The notes: a model not told the origin generated them from the sequence alone. A stretch of DNA of 64,000 nucleotides from Eledone cirrhosa (GCA_964016885.1 CAXHJY010000565.1:62001-126000); one strand, 5' to 3'; positions 13,326 through 25,639 are shown, numbered from the stretch's first letter. Translations and numbers: made by a program.

Positions 13326-13907
13326 CACGATCTATACGTGGATATTTTACGTCTTGATGTGGGAGCTAAGTATATGTTTTGTTTATTCCTTTACTTATAT
13401 GCATAGGTAAGTATATATTACCCGTATGTTTTGTGAAGGTAAGTATACCTTCTCGTACGTATATTTGACTGTTATGGCGTATAATTTTTACATATTCTGG
13501 TATTTAGGGCTTGGCTATGTGTATACGGGAGTTTTGCGTCTGCGTGAGTATGCAGGTTCGTACGTATGGTGGGTGTGTGTATATGTGTACTTCTTGTTTT
13601 AGTTGACTTACGTCTCCGAACATTCGTGTATTTATATGTAGGTATGTGTGCGCGCTTGATATATACGTATTTATTTGCTTATATACGTTTATATAATTAT
13701 TTATTTATTTGTACACAAACATACACACACACACATATTTATATGTGCGTGGTTTTGTATACCTTGGTAAGGTTTTGCGTATGCTTCTGTATGTACGTAT
13801 CTGTTTGCGTGTATGTATTTATTTGTTTCTATTACTTCTGTATTGTATTTATTTACTTTGTTCTTAACTCTGTAGCGGAGATTCATTTGGTCTCCTAGTT
13901 AGAATTT

Positions 13908-14165
13908 TAGTCTACGACTTCTGCTATACCATTTACGTGGTTTTGTCTTTGCGTGCTATTGTTCTCCACGCTCCACATATGACTTATTATCTTCGTTTTT
14001 TCGTTCATTGCCAGAGAACGTCTCTATGCACCACCTAAGAGAACATTAGTCTACGACCTCCTTTATACCATAAACGTGGTTCTGTCTTTGCGCGTAATTT
14101 TTTTTCACCGCTCCTATTAATGACGTATTATTCGTTTTTTCCCGTTCTTTGCCAGCGAACGTTAC
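13908..14165 (+). repeat. Two diverged ~140-bp tandem units in the Penelope 3' UTR
   Basis: tagtctacgac...tataccat...acgtggtt.tgtctttgcg...ttgccag.gaacgt occurs twice (13908, 14047). Confidence 0.8.
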
Positions 14166-14252
14166 CACGAACTAAAGTATCGTCTTCCTGTCTTCCTCCA
14201 GTTGCAACGGTTTTTGAAATATCCAGTTCTGCGTTTACAGAATGACTTTGTT

Positions 14253-14303
14253 AGTTTCAGAAGATCCCGTTAATGGTGAAAGCAGCGATTCTTTGCTTAA
14301 ACT
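14253..14303 (+). ncRNA. Hammerhead-ribozyme-like motif (type I, variant core CAGAAGA)
   Basis: agttt-CAGAAGA-tcccgttaatggt-GAA-agca(gcgattctt)tgct-t-aaact. Stems I and III pair. Reverse copies at about 11372-11422 and 27230-27282. Confidence 0.55.
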
Positions 14304-14408
14304 TTAATCTGTTATTTTAATAAATATTTGCTCTACGGTTCTTATATATTTGATATATATTTTCCTTATCGAGCCCTCTTTGGATTTTAGTCTTCAATTT
14401 TATTATTA

Positions 14409-14486
<78 letters not shown>

Positions 14487-14541
14487 AGCATAGAGTGCTC
14501 AACCGGCATACCGCCTATGGAAGCATCTTAGCTACCATCAG

Positions 14542-14572
<31 letters not shown>

Positions 14573-14580
14573 ATATATAT

Positions 14581-15037
14581 CAGGGGCGATGGAACTCGGA
14601 GGCCAGAGGTACCATGAGCCCATAATTATATTTTTCTCCCCAAACTACCAAAACACACCTCTATTTGAATATGCGCTACAATTTATGTACATTATATTTA
14701 TCGCATATCGAAGTTTTTTCCTATATTGGTTGATATTTGATATCAACAGTGTAACATACTATGTTAACTTTCATAGTAAATATTTTGTCATGTCATAACT
14801 TTTTCTCCACATATCACTATTTGCCAATTGCTAGTATGTGTATCTAGAGACAGATTTCATAGGTCATTTTTTTGTAATCACTTTATAATTGTTGAAAGGT
14901 GTAAATGCAATATGACCTGCTTGGACTGAAATTGCATTTTCTTACCATTTTAGAGTGGAAAGAGCTAAACTAATCTCTACAACTAAATTGACCAAGTATG
15001 TCCTCTCCCCCCAATTCAGAAATGCTTCCACGTCCCG
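14581..15037. mobile_element. hAT-like non-autonomous DNA element (degenerate)
   Basis: caggggcgatggaac ... gcttccacgtcccg imperfect TIRs, inserted in (TA)n. Confidence 0.45.
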
Positions 15038-15221
15038 TATATATATGTATATATGTATATATGTATATGTGTGTGTGTGTGTACTCAGATCCTAAATAAT
15101 AGGGAAGGGGGTTGGACATTTGCTGAAATTCTTATAAGTGGGGATTCGGAATCGGTAATTGTGTAGTGTTCGTTCGTAAATATGGGATTTCTTGTAATGT
15201 TTTTTTTTTTTGTCATATATA

Positions 15222-15394
15222 ATTGTTTCTATTTTAGGCACAAGGCCATCAATTACCCAGTGCATTACTGGTACTTTATTTTATCAACACCGTAAGGATG
15301 AAAGGCAAAGTAAACCTCAGCGGGATTTGAATTCAGAATGGGAAGGGCCGTAACTCTATGCGTCAGAGCATCTACCGATACTGCCAATCCGCCA
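15222..15394 (-). mobile_element. SINE family A, full length, TSD catatataat
   Basis: Consensus match with flanking direct repeat. Confidence 0.85.
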
Positions 15395-15741
15395 TTCATA
15401 TATAATGGGTTTTTTAATGTAAAATAAAATTACTATTAGATTCTTCAGTTAATGTATCGATATGAATCACTTACAATAAGATTTCACCGGAGATAGATTA
15501 TCAACATTTAATAAGCGAGAGGCGTTGGAATAAAAACGGGTGTTGGTGTTGGGAAAAAATTGAAAAATTGATAAGCGTGGGGTGCGGGGGGAGGGACGAT
15601 TATATGAAAACTCAATACCGAAGTAGAGTTTAAATGTTCATTTATTATGACTAAGTGATGAGCCTTATTACTCTGGACCATCAGACAAGACTGATCATAC
15701 TCACCAATAGCCATTGTAAATGAATATATATATATATATAT

Positions 15742-15896
15742 AGTAATAATAATAAAATTGAAGACTAAAATCCAAAGAGGACTCGATAAGGAAAATATAT
15801 ATCAAATATAAAAGAACCGTAGAGCAAATATTTATTAAAATAACAGATTAAAAAGCAGCGATTCTTTGCTTAAACTTTAATCTGTTATTTTAATAA
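15742..15896 (-). mobile_element. Solo pseudo-LTR of the 11.3-kb Penelope family with a short fold-back
   Basis: Reverse complement of 14305-14412, followed by a direct copy of 14279-14322. Confidence 0.8.
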
Positions 15897-15903
15897 AAAT
15901 ATA

Positions 15904-16010
<107 letters not shown>

Positions 16011-16017
16011 GAAAACG

Positions 16018-16316
16018 ATCTGAATTCAATTTATTGTGTGTTACAATTGTTTCCCCGGCGGACAGCTCGAGACGCGATCATTGTGTGGATCTGTCTGATT
16101 CATTAGACGCGTCCGTCGAACCTGCGGCTCCAGAATCAGACAGATCCACACAATGATCGCGTCTCGAGCTGTCCGCCGGGGAAACAATTGTAACACACAA
16201 TAAATTGAGTTCAGATGCATCACTGATTTTTCGTTTTCTATTCTATCATACTCTGCTCTATAAGAGCATAGAGTGCTCAACCGGCATACCGCCTATGGAA
16301 GCATCTTAGCTACCAT

Positions 16317-16319
<3 letters not shown>
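16018..16319. mobile_element. Fold-back repeat (~85-bp arms, ~30-nt spacer) with 3' extension also found at 14481-14540
   Basis: atctgaattcaatttattgtgtgttacaattgtttccccggcgg...gattc / gaatc...ccgccggggaaacaattgtaacacacaataaattgagttcagat. Confidence 0.8.
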
Positions 16320-16364
<45 letters not shown>

Positions 16365-16619
16365 AATATAATTTCAGCGAGATCGTATTTCGGCTGTGGT
16401 CAAAAACAAAGCACTCAATGGACTTATATATAGGAGATGAATAAATTGAGTAAAATACCAGTAAAAAAAACCCTCAAAATCTTCATATTCGTCATATTAT
16501 TTTTTGGTTGTGAATTTCATGTTATATTAATTATAAAATTAATTATAATGGTACGTTTTAATGGTATTCGTTATAACGGAATTTTACCTGTATTAACACT
16601 AGTATTACCTCAACCACTA

Positions 16620-17160
16620 TTACTCTACCGTCACCGACACCGCCACCCCCACTAGCATCAATATTACACTAACAAAACCACTAGGGTCACATCATTAACA
16701 CCACCAACACCACCTCCATCACTATCCTCACCACTCTCACACCACCACCATCAACAACCCCAACCAACATAACTACCCTCGTCACCACCGCTACCAAAAC
16801 GGTAATACCACTAGCACCATCACCAACAACACAGTAACACCACTACACCAACACCATTACTATCACCACCATCAGCGCTATCGGCCCCACCATCACCACC
16901 ACCATCAGCGCTATCACCCCCGCCATCACCACTACCATCACCACCACCATCACCCCCACCATCACCACTATCGCCCCCACCATCACCACCACCATCACCA
17001 CCACCATCACCACCGCCGCCACCATCACCACCACCACCACTATCACCACCATCACCACCACCACCACTATCGCCACCACCATCGTCACTGCTATCATCTC
17101 CTAACACCCCACCACTATCACCCCCACCCCCACTATCTCCCTCACCCCACCCCCACCACC
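16620..17160. repeat. (CAC/CAT)n degenerate trinucleotide tract
   Basis: Direct inspection. Confidence 0.9.
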
Positions 17161-17356
17161 GACATTACGACGCTCATTACCTGTGTCTGATACGTTCATT
17201 TCAATGTTAAAGATTAAACGAGGTTCCCAAGGCTACAACACTTATAGCCGACCATTTTTCTGTATTTCTCCTCATTAAGTCTTTCTCTAATCATATCTAT
17301 CAACATTGATAAATAAATGTTACTAAACCTTTTCTAGATCAATCATCATAGAATCA

Positions 17357-18378
17357 CTTCTCTACTTCTTCTCTATTTCTCCCCTGCTTCTCCCCTGCTT
17401 CTCCCCTGCTTCTTCTCTACTTCTTCACTACTTCTTCCCTGCTTCTCCCCTGCTTCTTCTCTACTTCTTCTCTACTTCTTCTCTACGTCTCCCCTGTATC
17501 TTCCCTACTTCTCCCCTGCTTCTTCTCTACTTCTTCCCTGTTTCTTCTCTGCTTCACCCCTGCTTCTTCTCTACTTCTTCTCTACGTCTCCCCTGTATCT
17601 TCCCTACTTCTCCCCTGCTTCTTCTCTACTTCTTCCCTGTTTCTTCTCTGCTTCACCCCTGCTTCTTCTCTACTTCTTCTCTACGTCTCCCCTGCTTCTT
17701 CCCTACTTCTCCCCTGCTTCTTCTCTATTTCTTCCCTGCTTCTTCCTTACTTCTCCCCTGCTTCTTCACTACTTCTCCCCTGCTTCTTCACTACTTCTTC
17801 CCTGCTTCTCCCATGCTTCACCCCTGCTTCTTCTCTACTTCTTCTCTACGTCTCCCCTGTATCTTCCCTACTTCTCCCCTGCTTCTTCCCTACTTCTCCC
17901 CTGCTTCTTCTCCATTTCTTCCCTGCTTCTTCCTTACTTCTCCCCTGCTTCTTCACTACTTCTCCCCTGCTTCTTCACTACTTCTTCCCTGCTTCTCCCA
18001 TGCTTCACCCCTGCTTCTTCTCTACTTCTTCTCTACGTCTCCCCTGTATCTTCCCTACTTCTCCCCTGCTTCTTCCCTACTTCTCCCCTGCTTCTTCTCC
18101 ATTTCTTCCCTGCTTCTTCCTTACTTCTCCCCTGCTTCTTCACTACTTCTTCCCTGCTTCTCCCATGCTTCACCCCTACTTCTTCTCTACTTCTTCTCTA
18201 CGTCTCCCCTGTATCTTCCCTACTTCTCCCCTGCTTCTTCCCTACTTCTTCCCTGCTTCTCCCATGCTTCACCCCTGCTTCTTCTCTACTTCTTCTCTAC
18301 GTCTCCCCTGCTTCTTCCCTACTTCTCCCCTGCTTCTTCTCTATTTCTTCCTTGTTTCTCCGATGCTTTATCCCTGCT
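17357..18378. repeat. Pyrimidine-rich minisatellite (~11-nt cttctcccctg / cttcttctcta subunits in higher-order blocks)
   Basis: Direct inspection. Confidence 0.9.
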
Positions 18379-18657
18379 AAGTGGCAAATACTAAGTGTCC
18401 AGTAAGCAATTAAAAGGTAACAGAATTTCTATTTAAGACATCAACATCTTCCAGACATTCATTTGAGAAAGGAAAGCAAGGAAAAGAGAGAGAAAAAAGA
18501 TAGATATATGTGTGTGGATGTGACTGTATGAATGGGTGGAGGCTATGATGTAGGGGCTGTGTGTGTATATGTGAGTATGTGAGTATAGTCATATTCTGGA
18601 AATACATAACACACACATTATATATATCTGTGTGTGTCTGTGTGTGTGTCTGTGTGT

Positions 18658-18716
<59 letters not shown>

Positions 18717-18773
18717 TGTGTGTGTGTCTGTGTGTGTGTCTGTGTGTGTGTCTGTGTGTGTGTGTGTGTGTGT

Positions 18774-18893
18774 GTCTGTGAACAATGAAAATAAAACAAA
18801 AGTCGAAGGAGGGTTCTTAATTACCAGTATATATATATACTGGTAATTAAGAACCCTCCTTCGACTTTTGTTTTATTTTCATTGTTCACAGAC
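18774..18893. repeat. Perfect spacer-less palindrome centred on (TA)n, extending into (TG)n/(CA)n
   Basis: gtctgtgaacaatgaaaataaaacaaaagtcgaaggagggttcttaattaccag-tatatatatata-ctggtaattaagaaccctccttcgacttttgttttattttcattgttcacagac. Confidence 0.9.
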
Positions 18894-18948
18894 ACACACA
18901 CACACACACACACAGACACACACACAGACACAGGCACACATACACAGA

Positions 18949-18993
<45 letters not shown>

Positions 18994-19084
18994 ACACACA
19001 CACACAGACACACACACACCACACACACACAGAGGCACACACACCACACACACAGACACACACAGAGGCACAATCGGGGTAATA

Positions 19085-19255
19085 ATGAGTAAGTAAGGTA
19101 CTCAATACATTAATAGAGTGTAAACATCTAATTTAATATAGAAATGGCTTCTACGGGACCAGAACTGTTTCATTCGAAGGAAACCATCAGGAAAGGCTTT
19201 CTTGATGATTTCCTTCGAATGAAACAGTTCTAGTCCTGTAGAAACCATTTCTATA
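19085..19255. mobile_element. Fold-back putative Penelope pseudo-LTR pair (family of 5140-5345)
   Basis: tatagaaatggcttctac..gac.agaactgtttcattcgaaggaaa.catca / tgatgatttccttcgaatgaaacagttct.gtc..gtagaa.ccatttctata. Confidence 0.7.
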
Positions 19256-19669
19256 GAGAGGGAGACAGAGAGGGGGAGAGAGGGAGAGAAATGGGGGAGA
19301 GAGTGGATTAGAGAGAGAGGGAGAGAGGGGGAGAGAGTGAGGGAGGGAGAGAGAGAGAGGGAGATAGAGAGAGAGAGAGCGAAGACAATATCTCTCTGAT
19401 AACGACGACAATGGAATTACAGCTAGATAACTTGATGAATGTAAGTGGCAGCAGTGGTCGGGGAAAGGTTAGAGTTGGCATGTCTCTAGTAGTGAAAGTG
19501 GAAACGTATGTGGCTTGGCTGTGTCGGCGGCAGGTGAAGCAGTGGTGGTGAAGGTGGTGGTGGTGGTGTTGGTGGCGCTGGTATTGGGAAAGGAGTAACG
19601 GTGTTGACGAAATTGGTGGGGTCATACACGTTCATAACAATAGCGTTTATGAGGGTCATGATCATTTCG

Positions 19670-19802
19670 TAGTAGTAGTAGTAGTAGTAGTGGTGTTGGT
19701 GGTGGTGGTGGTGGTGGTGGTGGTAGTAGTAGTAGTGGTGGTGGTGGTAGTAGTAGTAGTAGTGATGGTGATGGTAGTAGTAGTAGTAGTGATGGTGGTG
19801 GT

Positions 19803-19849
<47 letters not shown>

Positions 19850-19870
19850 GATGGTGGTGGTGTGGTGGTG

Positions 19871-19905
<35 letters not shown>

Positions 19906-19994
19906 GATGGTGGTGGTGTGGTGGTGGTAGTAGTAGTAGTAGTAGTGGTGGTGGTGTGGTGGTGGTAGTAGTAGTAGTAGTGGTGGTGGTGGTG

Positions 19995-20044
<50 letters not shown>

Positions 20045-20065
20045 GGTGGTGGTGATGATGATGGT
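19670..20065. repeat. (GTA)n/(GGT)n compound microsatellite
   Basis: Direct inspection. Confidence 0.95.
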
Positions 20066-20408
20066 AGGTAACGTAAAGGACAATGTTGTCACGTGATTCA
20101 TTGTGTCTCGTTGAAAGTGTTGTCTTCGAGTAAAGAATTCAAAGGGGTGTACGTTTGGTAGTTTTACAAATGCCATGATACGTCATGGAGCACTGATTTA
20201 GTAATAAATTATTGTTCATTGTTTTGAATAAAAGATAAAATAGGAAATTTACATCCATTATGATGAATATTAGCTGCTAAATGCACAGCATGCAATTTCA
20301 AGGGCAACGTTTTATAATTAAAAAGAAAAAGCATTTACAAAATGCAAATAATAAAATCAAGATATTTGAAACTCACACCACATGTGGAAGATAACAAATA
20401 CATATCTG

Positions 20409-20623
20409 CAGACTTTCCAAACTCTAAAAATCAAAACGGGGAGTACCCTGAAAAAAGTGCCCCAAAACGGGGAGTACTATGAAAAAAGTGGGGAGAAATG
20501 AGGCAAAATGGGGAGATTTTACATAATGAAAGCTATAGCTATTTTCATAAAAACAGGGAGACGGGGAGAAATGAACCAAAACGAGGAGATCTCCCTGTCG
20601 GACGGAGAGAGTTGACAGGTCTG
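20409..20623. mobile_element. MITE (CAGACCTGTCAAC family)
   Basis: cagactttccaaactct ... agagttgacaggtctg, with internal aaaacggggag repeats. Confidence 0.7.
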
Positions 20624-21046
20624 TGTCTGAGTGTTTAAAAAGTTCGTTTTGCAACCATGAAGCCCCGTGTTCGATCTCACTGTGTGGCATTTTAGGCAAG
20701 TGTCTTTACAATAGCCTCGGGTTGACGTAAGCCTTGTAGGTGAGTGCAATTGTGTAGGTAGACATTGTTTGTACATGTGATTCAAAGATTTAGACTTGTT
20801 ACATATTGTGTTACTCTGATTCAGCTTGTGAATTACGTTAAATATATACGTATCTGTGTGTTAAATATTCAAACACTTACATGTTAATTCATGAGCTGGA
20901 CGTTTAATTAATCGAACAACCGAATGCTCATCGTCAAAACTGACGGAGGATCCTTCATCAGTAATCGCACAGAAAAGAAATAAGCATAGCAAATGTTTTA
21001 ATGTTAAAAGATCCTTTTCAAATAAAAGAAAAATATTTGTTTTAAT

Positions 21047-21162
21047 AATTGTTTCTACTTTTGGCACAAGGCCAGCAATTATCCCAGTGTATTACTGGTA
21101 CTTTATTTTATCGACCTCGTAAGGATGAAAGGCAAAGTTGACCTCGGCGGGATTTGAACTCA
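21047..21162 (-). mobile_element. SINE family A (5'-truncated)
   Basis: Consensus match. Confidence 0.85.
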
Positions 21163-21469
21163 TATTTTTTTTAATAATAGTATTCAAAAAGCTATTCTAA
21201 ATCGGTTACTTAAGGAATTTGCTAGTGTTGCTTTATTCCACAGACTTTTGTTGAATAGGGATCGTTCTAATTGTAAACATATTGTACTTTTAACTAACTT
21301 GATGCAAGGAGAAACTTGGATTCTATTCAAAATCTAAAGGAATTGTGTCTTTGCAGATTGAGCTTTACACGAAGACAATTCCAATAGTTTCATTTCTATC
21401 ATCCCCTTACGGAGAACAGATTGCTGCATTTCGATTTGGAGGATTAACTACAATGTCTGGTAGGTTTGG

Positions 21470-22330
21470 GTTCTATATCGTCAATTATATATATCACTGG
21501 GTTAATTCATATCGTCAGTTATAAATATCATTGAGTTAATTCTCTATTGTCAATTGTCAATATCTTTGGGTTAATTCTATATTGTCAATTGTAATATCTG
21601 TATTAATTCTTTATTGCCAATTGTCAATATCTTTGGATTAATTCTCTATTGCCAATTGTCAATATCTTTGGATTAATTCTTTATTGTCAATTGTCAATAT
21701 CATTGGGTTAATTCTATATTGTCAATTGTCAATATCTTTGGATTAATTCTGTATTGCCAATTGTCAATATCTTTGGATTAATTCTGTATTGCCAATTGTC
21801 AATATCATTGGGTTAATTCTGTATTGCCAATTGTCAATATCATTGGGTTAATTCTATATTGTCAATTGTCAATATCTTTGGATTAATTCTGTATTGCCAA
21901 TTGTCAATATCTTTGGATTAATTCTGTATTGCCAATTGTCAATATCATTGAGTTAATTCTATATTGTCAATTGTAATATCTTTGGATTAATTCTCTATTG
22001 TCAATTGTCAATATCTTTGGATTAATTCTATATTGTCAATTATATATTTTGTGGGGGGATGGGGTTAATGCTATGTTGTCAATTGTCCATTACCTGCAGG
22101 TTAACTCTATATTATCAATCGTCAATATCTTTGGATTAATTCTGTATTGTCAATTATAAACTTTGGGTGGAGGGTGGGGGGTAATTCTATGTTGTTAAAT
22201 GTCAAATATCTGCAGGTTAACTCTATATTGTCAGTTGTCAATATTTTTTAATTAATTCTATGTTGTCAATTGTCAATATCCGCAGGTTAATGCTATATTG
22301 TCAATTGTCAAGGTATTTGGTTGAATTATC
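21470..22330. repeat. 35-bp AT-rich tandem minisatellite (ttaattctgtattgccaattgtcaatatctttgga), roughly two dozen copies
   Basis: Direct inspection; degenerate at both edges. Confidence 0.9.
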
Positions 22331-23559
22331 GTCAATGTTCGATATTTTTATCCTCAAACAGTAAAACTATCAAACTCTATATCCTTTTCACCATCAGATA
22401 TTAAATTATTAAATCTTTAATATGAACATAGGTTAAAATGTATGTCATGCATTCACAGATGTGAAGAGCACATCGATAATTGTAAACTGGTGCTGAAAGT
22501 AAGGGATAGAAAGTTTCTTAATGAATTGTTTCATAAAATAGTTTCTATAGTGACATTTGGAAGTCCTGAATAATTCTCTGGTTGACTCGTTACAGGGGAG
22601 AGGTAACATTGGATGGTGAATAACACGAAAAGGTGTTTTTAAAGTGTAAAACTAACTTCGATTTATAAAAAGAAGTCTTAAAATTGTCAATGACTAAAGT
22701 GTCTAAAGGTTTAATTCAATCATTTAAATTAAGCTCTTGCAAATTCCTAAGAAAAATAATTTTTAAATATTTTTAACCATCCTTGCATTCTTTTAGACTG
22801 TCAAAGAGTAGCGAATGTATTATTTTCTTCAAGGTTCTAGAATGATGTAACTTCTTAATCTCTAAAGGGTAAATCCTGTGTTGGCTTGATGTAGTTTGCA
22901 CATGCAAGAACTATCAATTGTATGTTATAAGTTGCTTGAAACCTCTGTAACTTGCTTCATTGGAAATTGCCAGAGCATAATGATAAGCATTACCAGTAAA
23001 AGTCATTTTTATCTGTGCTGTATATTTTAATCAGTTATAAGATTATGTTTCGTGATAAGTCCATCAAATGTTATATACTATAACCGTTTCTGACTTTTTG
23101 TTTTCGTCAGCATTGTTCTATTTTGTTATTCTATTATATATCGTAAATACGGTCAACCAACAAATCTTGGAAACAACTAAAGTCTCCAAATCCTTTTTAA
23201 AATCATTAACTTTGGCTAAAATTATCCGCCCAGTTACATATATTCTGCTTCAATAAAAAGCACTCGAGAAATATTTTATCTAAATTTTCACATTATTTAT
23301 AAAAAGATTTCTGAGGCTTATAATATGCTATAAAATCTAGAGGTTTTGTCTTTAGTTCTTAAAGTCGGATAATGTTGACGATACGATGTTTTATATTGTA
23401 TTTAACATACTTCTGCTCGAGGCGACGAATTGAAAGTTGTTAGAACGTAGCATGTAATTCTTTACAGTATTCGTCAGTGTCCGAAGATAGGGTGAATCTA
23501 TTTTACAAATCTTTCAATTTTACAAATTCATAGCTATATAACTTAGATTGTGAGAACCA

Positions 23560-23700
23560 GCAGTAACTGGAGCGTTAACCCTGCGGTGGACAGGCGTCCT
23601 GTCCAGGGGGAGTTTTCTACTTTCAATCGCTTAACGCCAAGGAAACTGAGATATACACCGGCCTGATGAGTCTCCGGGCTTGAGACATACTTTGAGCTTT
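23560..23700 (+). mobile_element. 3' part of another SINE family
   Basis: aaccctgcggtggacaggcgtcctgtccagggggag...gaaactg...ccggcctgatgag resembles 3' regions of invertebrate tRNA-SINEs (recognised from memory only). Confidence 0.4.
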
Positions 23701-24189
23701 AACTAACAACTTATATTAGATTATACTGCAATTCTATGACTTAAAATATTTTTAATTTGGTGTTTTGGGGGATTACCTCATCGGGTGGTTTCAAATTGGA
23801 ACGCAGGGGAAATTTCGCCCACAGCGAGAACTGTGGGATTTTCCCACAAGGAGGGACGACCGTTTGGCCCAGGTAGCAAAACAAGTGATAATGGAGAAAA
23901 CCTGGGCCAACATAAGCGGAGGTGTTGGCAGCAACTGAGAGAAAAACTCTCACACACTCTCACGTATTGATATCAAGTTCAAAAATTGCCTTCCAATTCC
24001 ATGTAGGACCAAGCAGTTTGGGAGCATCTCGGTACTCTTTAAAAGTGAGCTCCTTGCAAAAAGGCACTCGGTATATAGAAAGGCACATTAAGCGATGTAG
24101 CTCTAGGTAAACAAAGAGACAGGTTGGTCGCAGATGTCGGCCAACGCTTATGTATCAGATCAGCGTTGATTAGGGGCTAAACAATAACA

Positions 24190-24770
24190 ATATCTCTATT
24201 ACAAACACCACAGCCAACAAAATATTCTCCAGGATTATTATCACTATCACCACCACCACTATCAACACTACGACTACCACTAACACTACCGCTATCACCA
24301 CCACCAACGCCACAGTCAACACCACTACAACATCACCACCAACACCATGATCATCATCCCACACACATCATCACTACAAGATCACCACCAATCACTAAAA
24401 CATCGATATCAAAGCCACCTCCACCAACGCCACAGTCAACACCAATACCCCATCACGTTCACTATTTTCTACACCATTAAGACTACCACGCCAGTACCAT
24501 CAATACCACCATCAACACCACCACCAGCACTACCACCACCATCAATGCTTCCAGCACAATACAGTATCATCACCAACACCATTACAACACCAAGACATAC
24601 CCACCATCACTTCGGCATCAACACCGACACCACTACAACAGCAACACTGACACCACTACCAATATCAACGCCAACACTACATCATCACCACCAATACTAC
24701 TACAACACCAACACTCACACAATAACAACAACAACAACACCATCACCACCACCACCACCACCACAACAAT
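24190..24770. repeat. Degenerate (CAC/CAA)n low-complexity tract
   Basis: Direct inspection. Confidence 0.8.
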
Positions 24771-24919
24771 TCTCCCTTAACCTCCAATACCTCACCTTAT
24801 CTCGAAAGATAGTATAAAATGAAGATTGAGGGTGGGGCAGTGCCCATCAGTCAGTTGACATGTATTTAACAAAAACACACATCACCTACTTTCTGCTAAT
24901 ACTGCCCCTTTAAGGACCC

Positions 24920-25340
24920 ACTAGGGATAATGAAAAATCGGAAAGACAGCAGCCCACCTGGGAAAGGTGCTCCGTGAGGTGGGGTGGCTTATGCAGCGGG
25001 GTGGCTGGTTATTCTCCGTGGCAATGCCTTCACCATTACAGACCTGTGTAATCTCCCCATCCAACGAGATCTCCCACCCACTTTGGGGTGGGTGAGAGAT
25101 GTCCTCTCTTGTAAAAATGGGTATAGCTTTCATTATGTAAAATTTCCCCATTTTGTATCATTTCTCCCCCTTTTGGGGCACTCTTTCTCATGGTACTCCC
25201 CTCCCCGTTTGGAGTTTTAGAGATTCGCAGGTCTGATTTCATCCGTGGGGCGCAGCTGACACACCGCTCAGACTACGGTGTAGAATATGTCGTTCCTTTT
25301 CTCTTTCCCTTTCTTTCTCTGCTTAATTTTCTCTTTAGTT
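24920..25340 (+). mobile_element. 3' end of a CRE-like (restriction-like endonuclease) non-LTR element, interrupted by a MITE
   Basis: EVGWLMQR..LVILRGNAFTI. Homologous to 48310-48460 (tccgtggggcgcagc.ga.acaccgctc.gac). Confidence 0.55.
25039..25233. mobile_element. MITE (CAGACCTG family), opposite orientation to 3957-4248
   Basis: cagacctg ... caggtctg termini; body is the reverse complement of the other copies. Confidence 0.7.
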
Positions 25341-25639
25341 TAATAAACATAAATTTGTATATGTTTCATATATATTTCATGCTTCCGTGAGCAATGTATG
25401 GAAAAGAAATCTGGGGCATAACCAAATGTTTACACCCATATCTGCCTGTTGCTAAAGCTTCCCTAACGTTGATTTTTCCCCCTCCTCTGTGGTAGGAGTT
25501 AACAAGAGTGTGAGCCTTAATTCTACGTACATCTTTTAAAATGTTCTTTTAAATTAGGTCCTTTGGGAGAGGCTTGTTTCCTTTTTGGTCGTTTTGTTTT
25601 GTTTTTGTTCTCTCTAAAATCTGTGTCATCTCCGCACCC

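Larger units (their letters stand above)
11353..14412 (+). mobile_element. Penelope-like element, 5'-truncated, with inverted 5' pseudo-LTR (11353-11503) and 3' pseudo-LTR (about 14172-14412)
   Basis: 11353-11503 is the reverse complement of 14172-14322. RT+GIY-YIG ORF lies between them. Both ends abut (TA)n. Confidence 0.9.

Noticed and set aside
16135-16200. Hammerhead in the 16-kb fold-back (CAGACAGA...GAAACAATTGTA)
   Set aside because: The core box deviates and no stem I forms.
17813-18394. Leu/Pro/Ser/Phe-rich repeat ORFs
   Set aside because: Translation of a pyrimidine minisatellite.
21470-22330. Possible CRISPR array (35-bp repeats)
   Set aside because: Repeats are contiguous with no unique spacers, there are no cas genes, and the context is eukaryotic.
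22340-23400. Possible decayed transposase in AT-rich sequence
   Set aside because: No recognisable motif or sustained frame; needs a translated search.
23660-23695. CTGATGAG motif as a hammerhead
   Set aside because: No GAAA or stem III downstream; better explained as a SINE 3' region.
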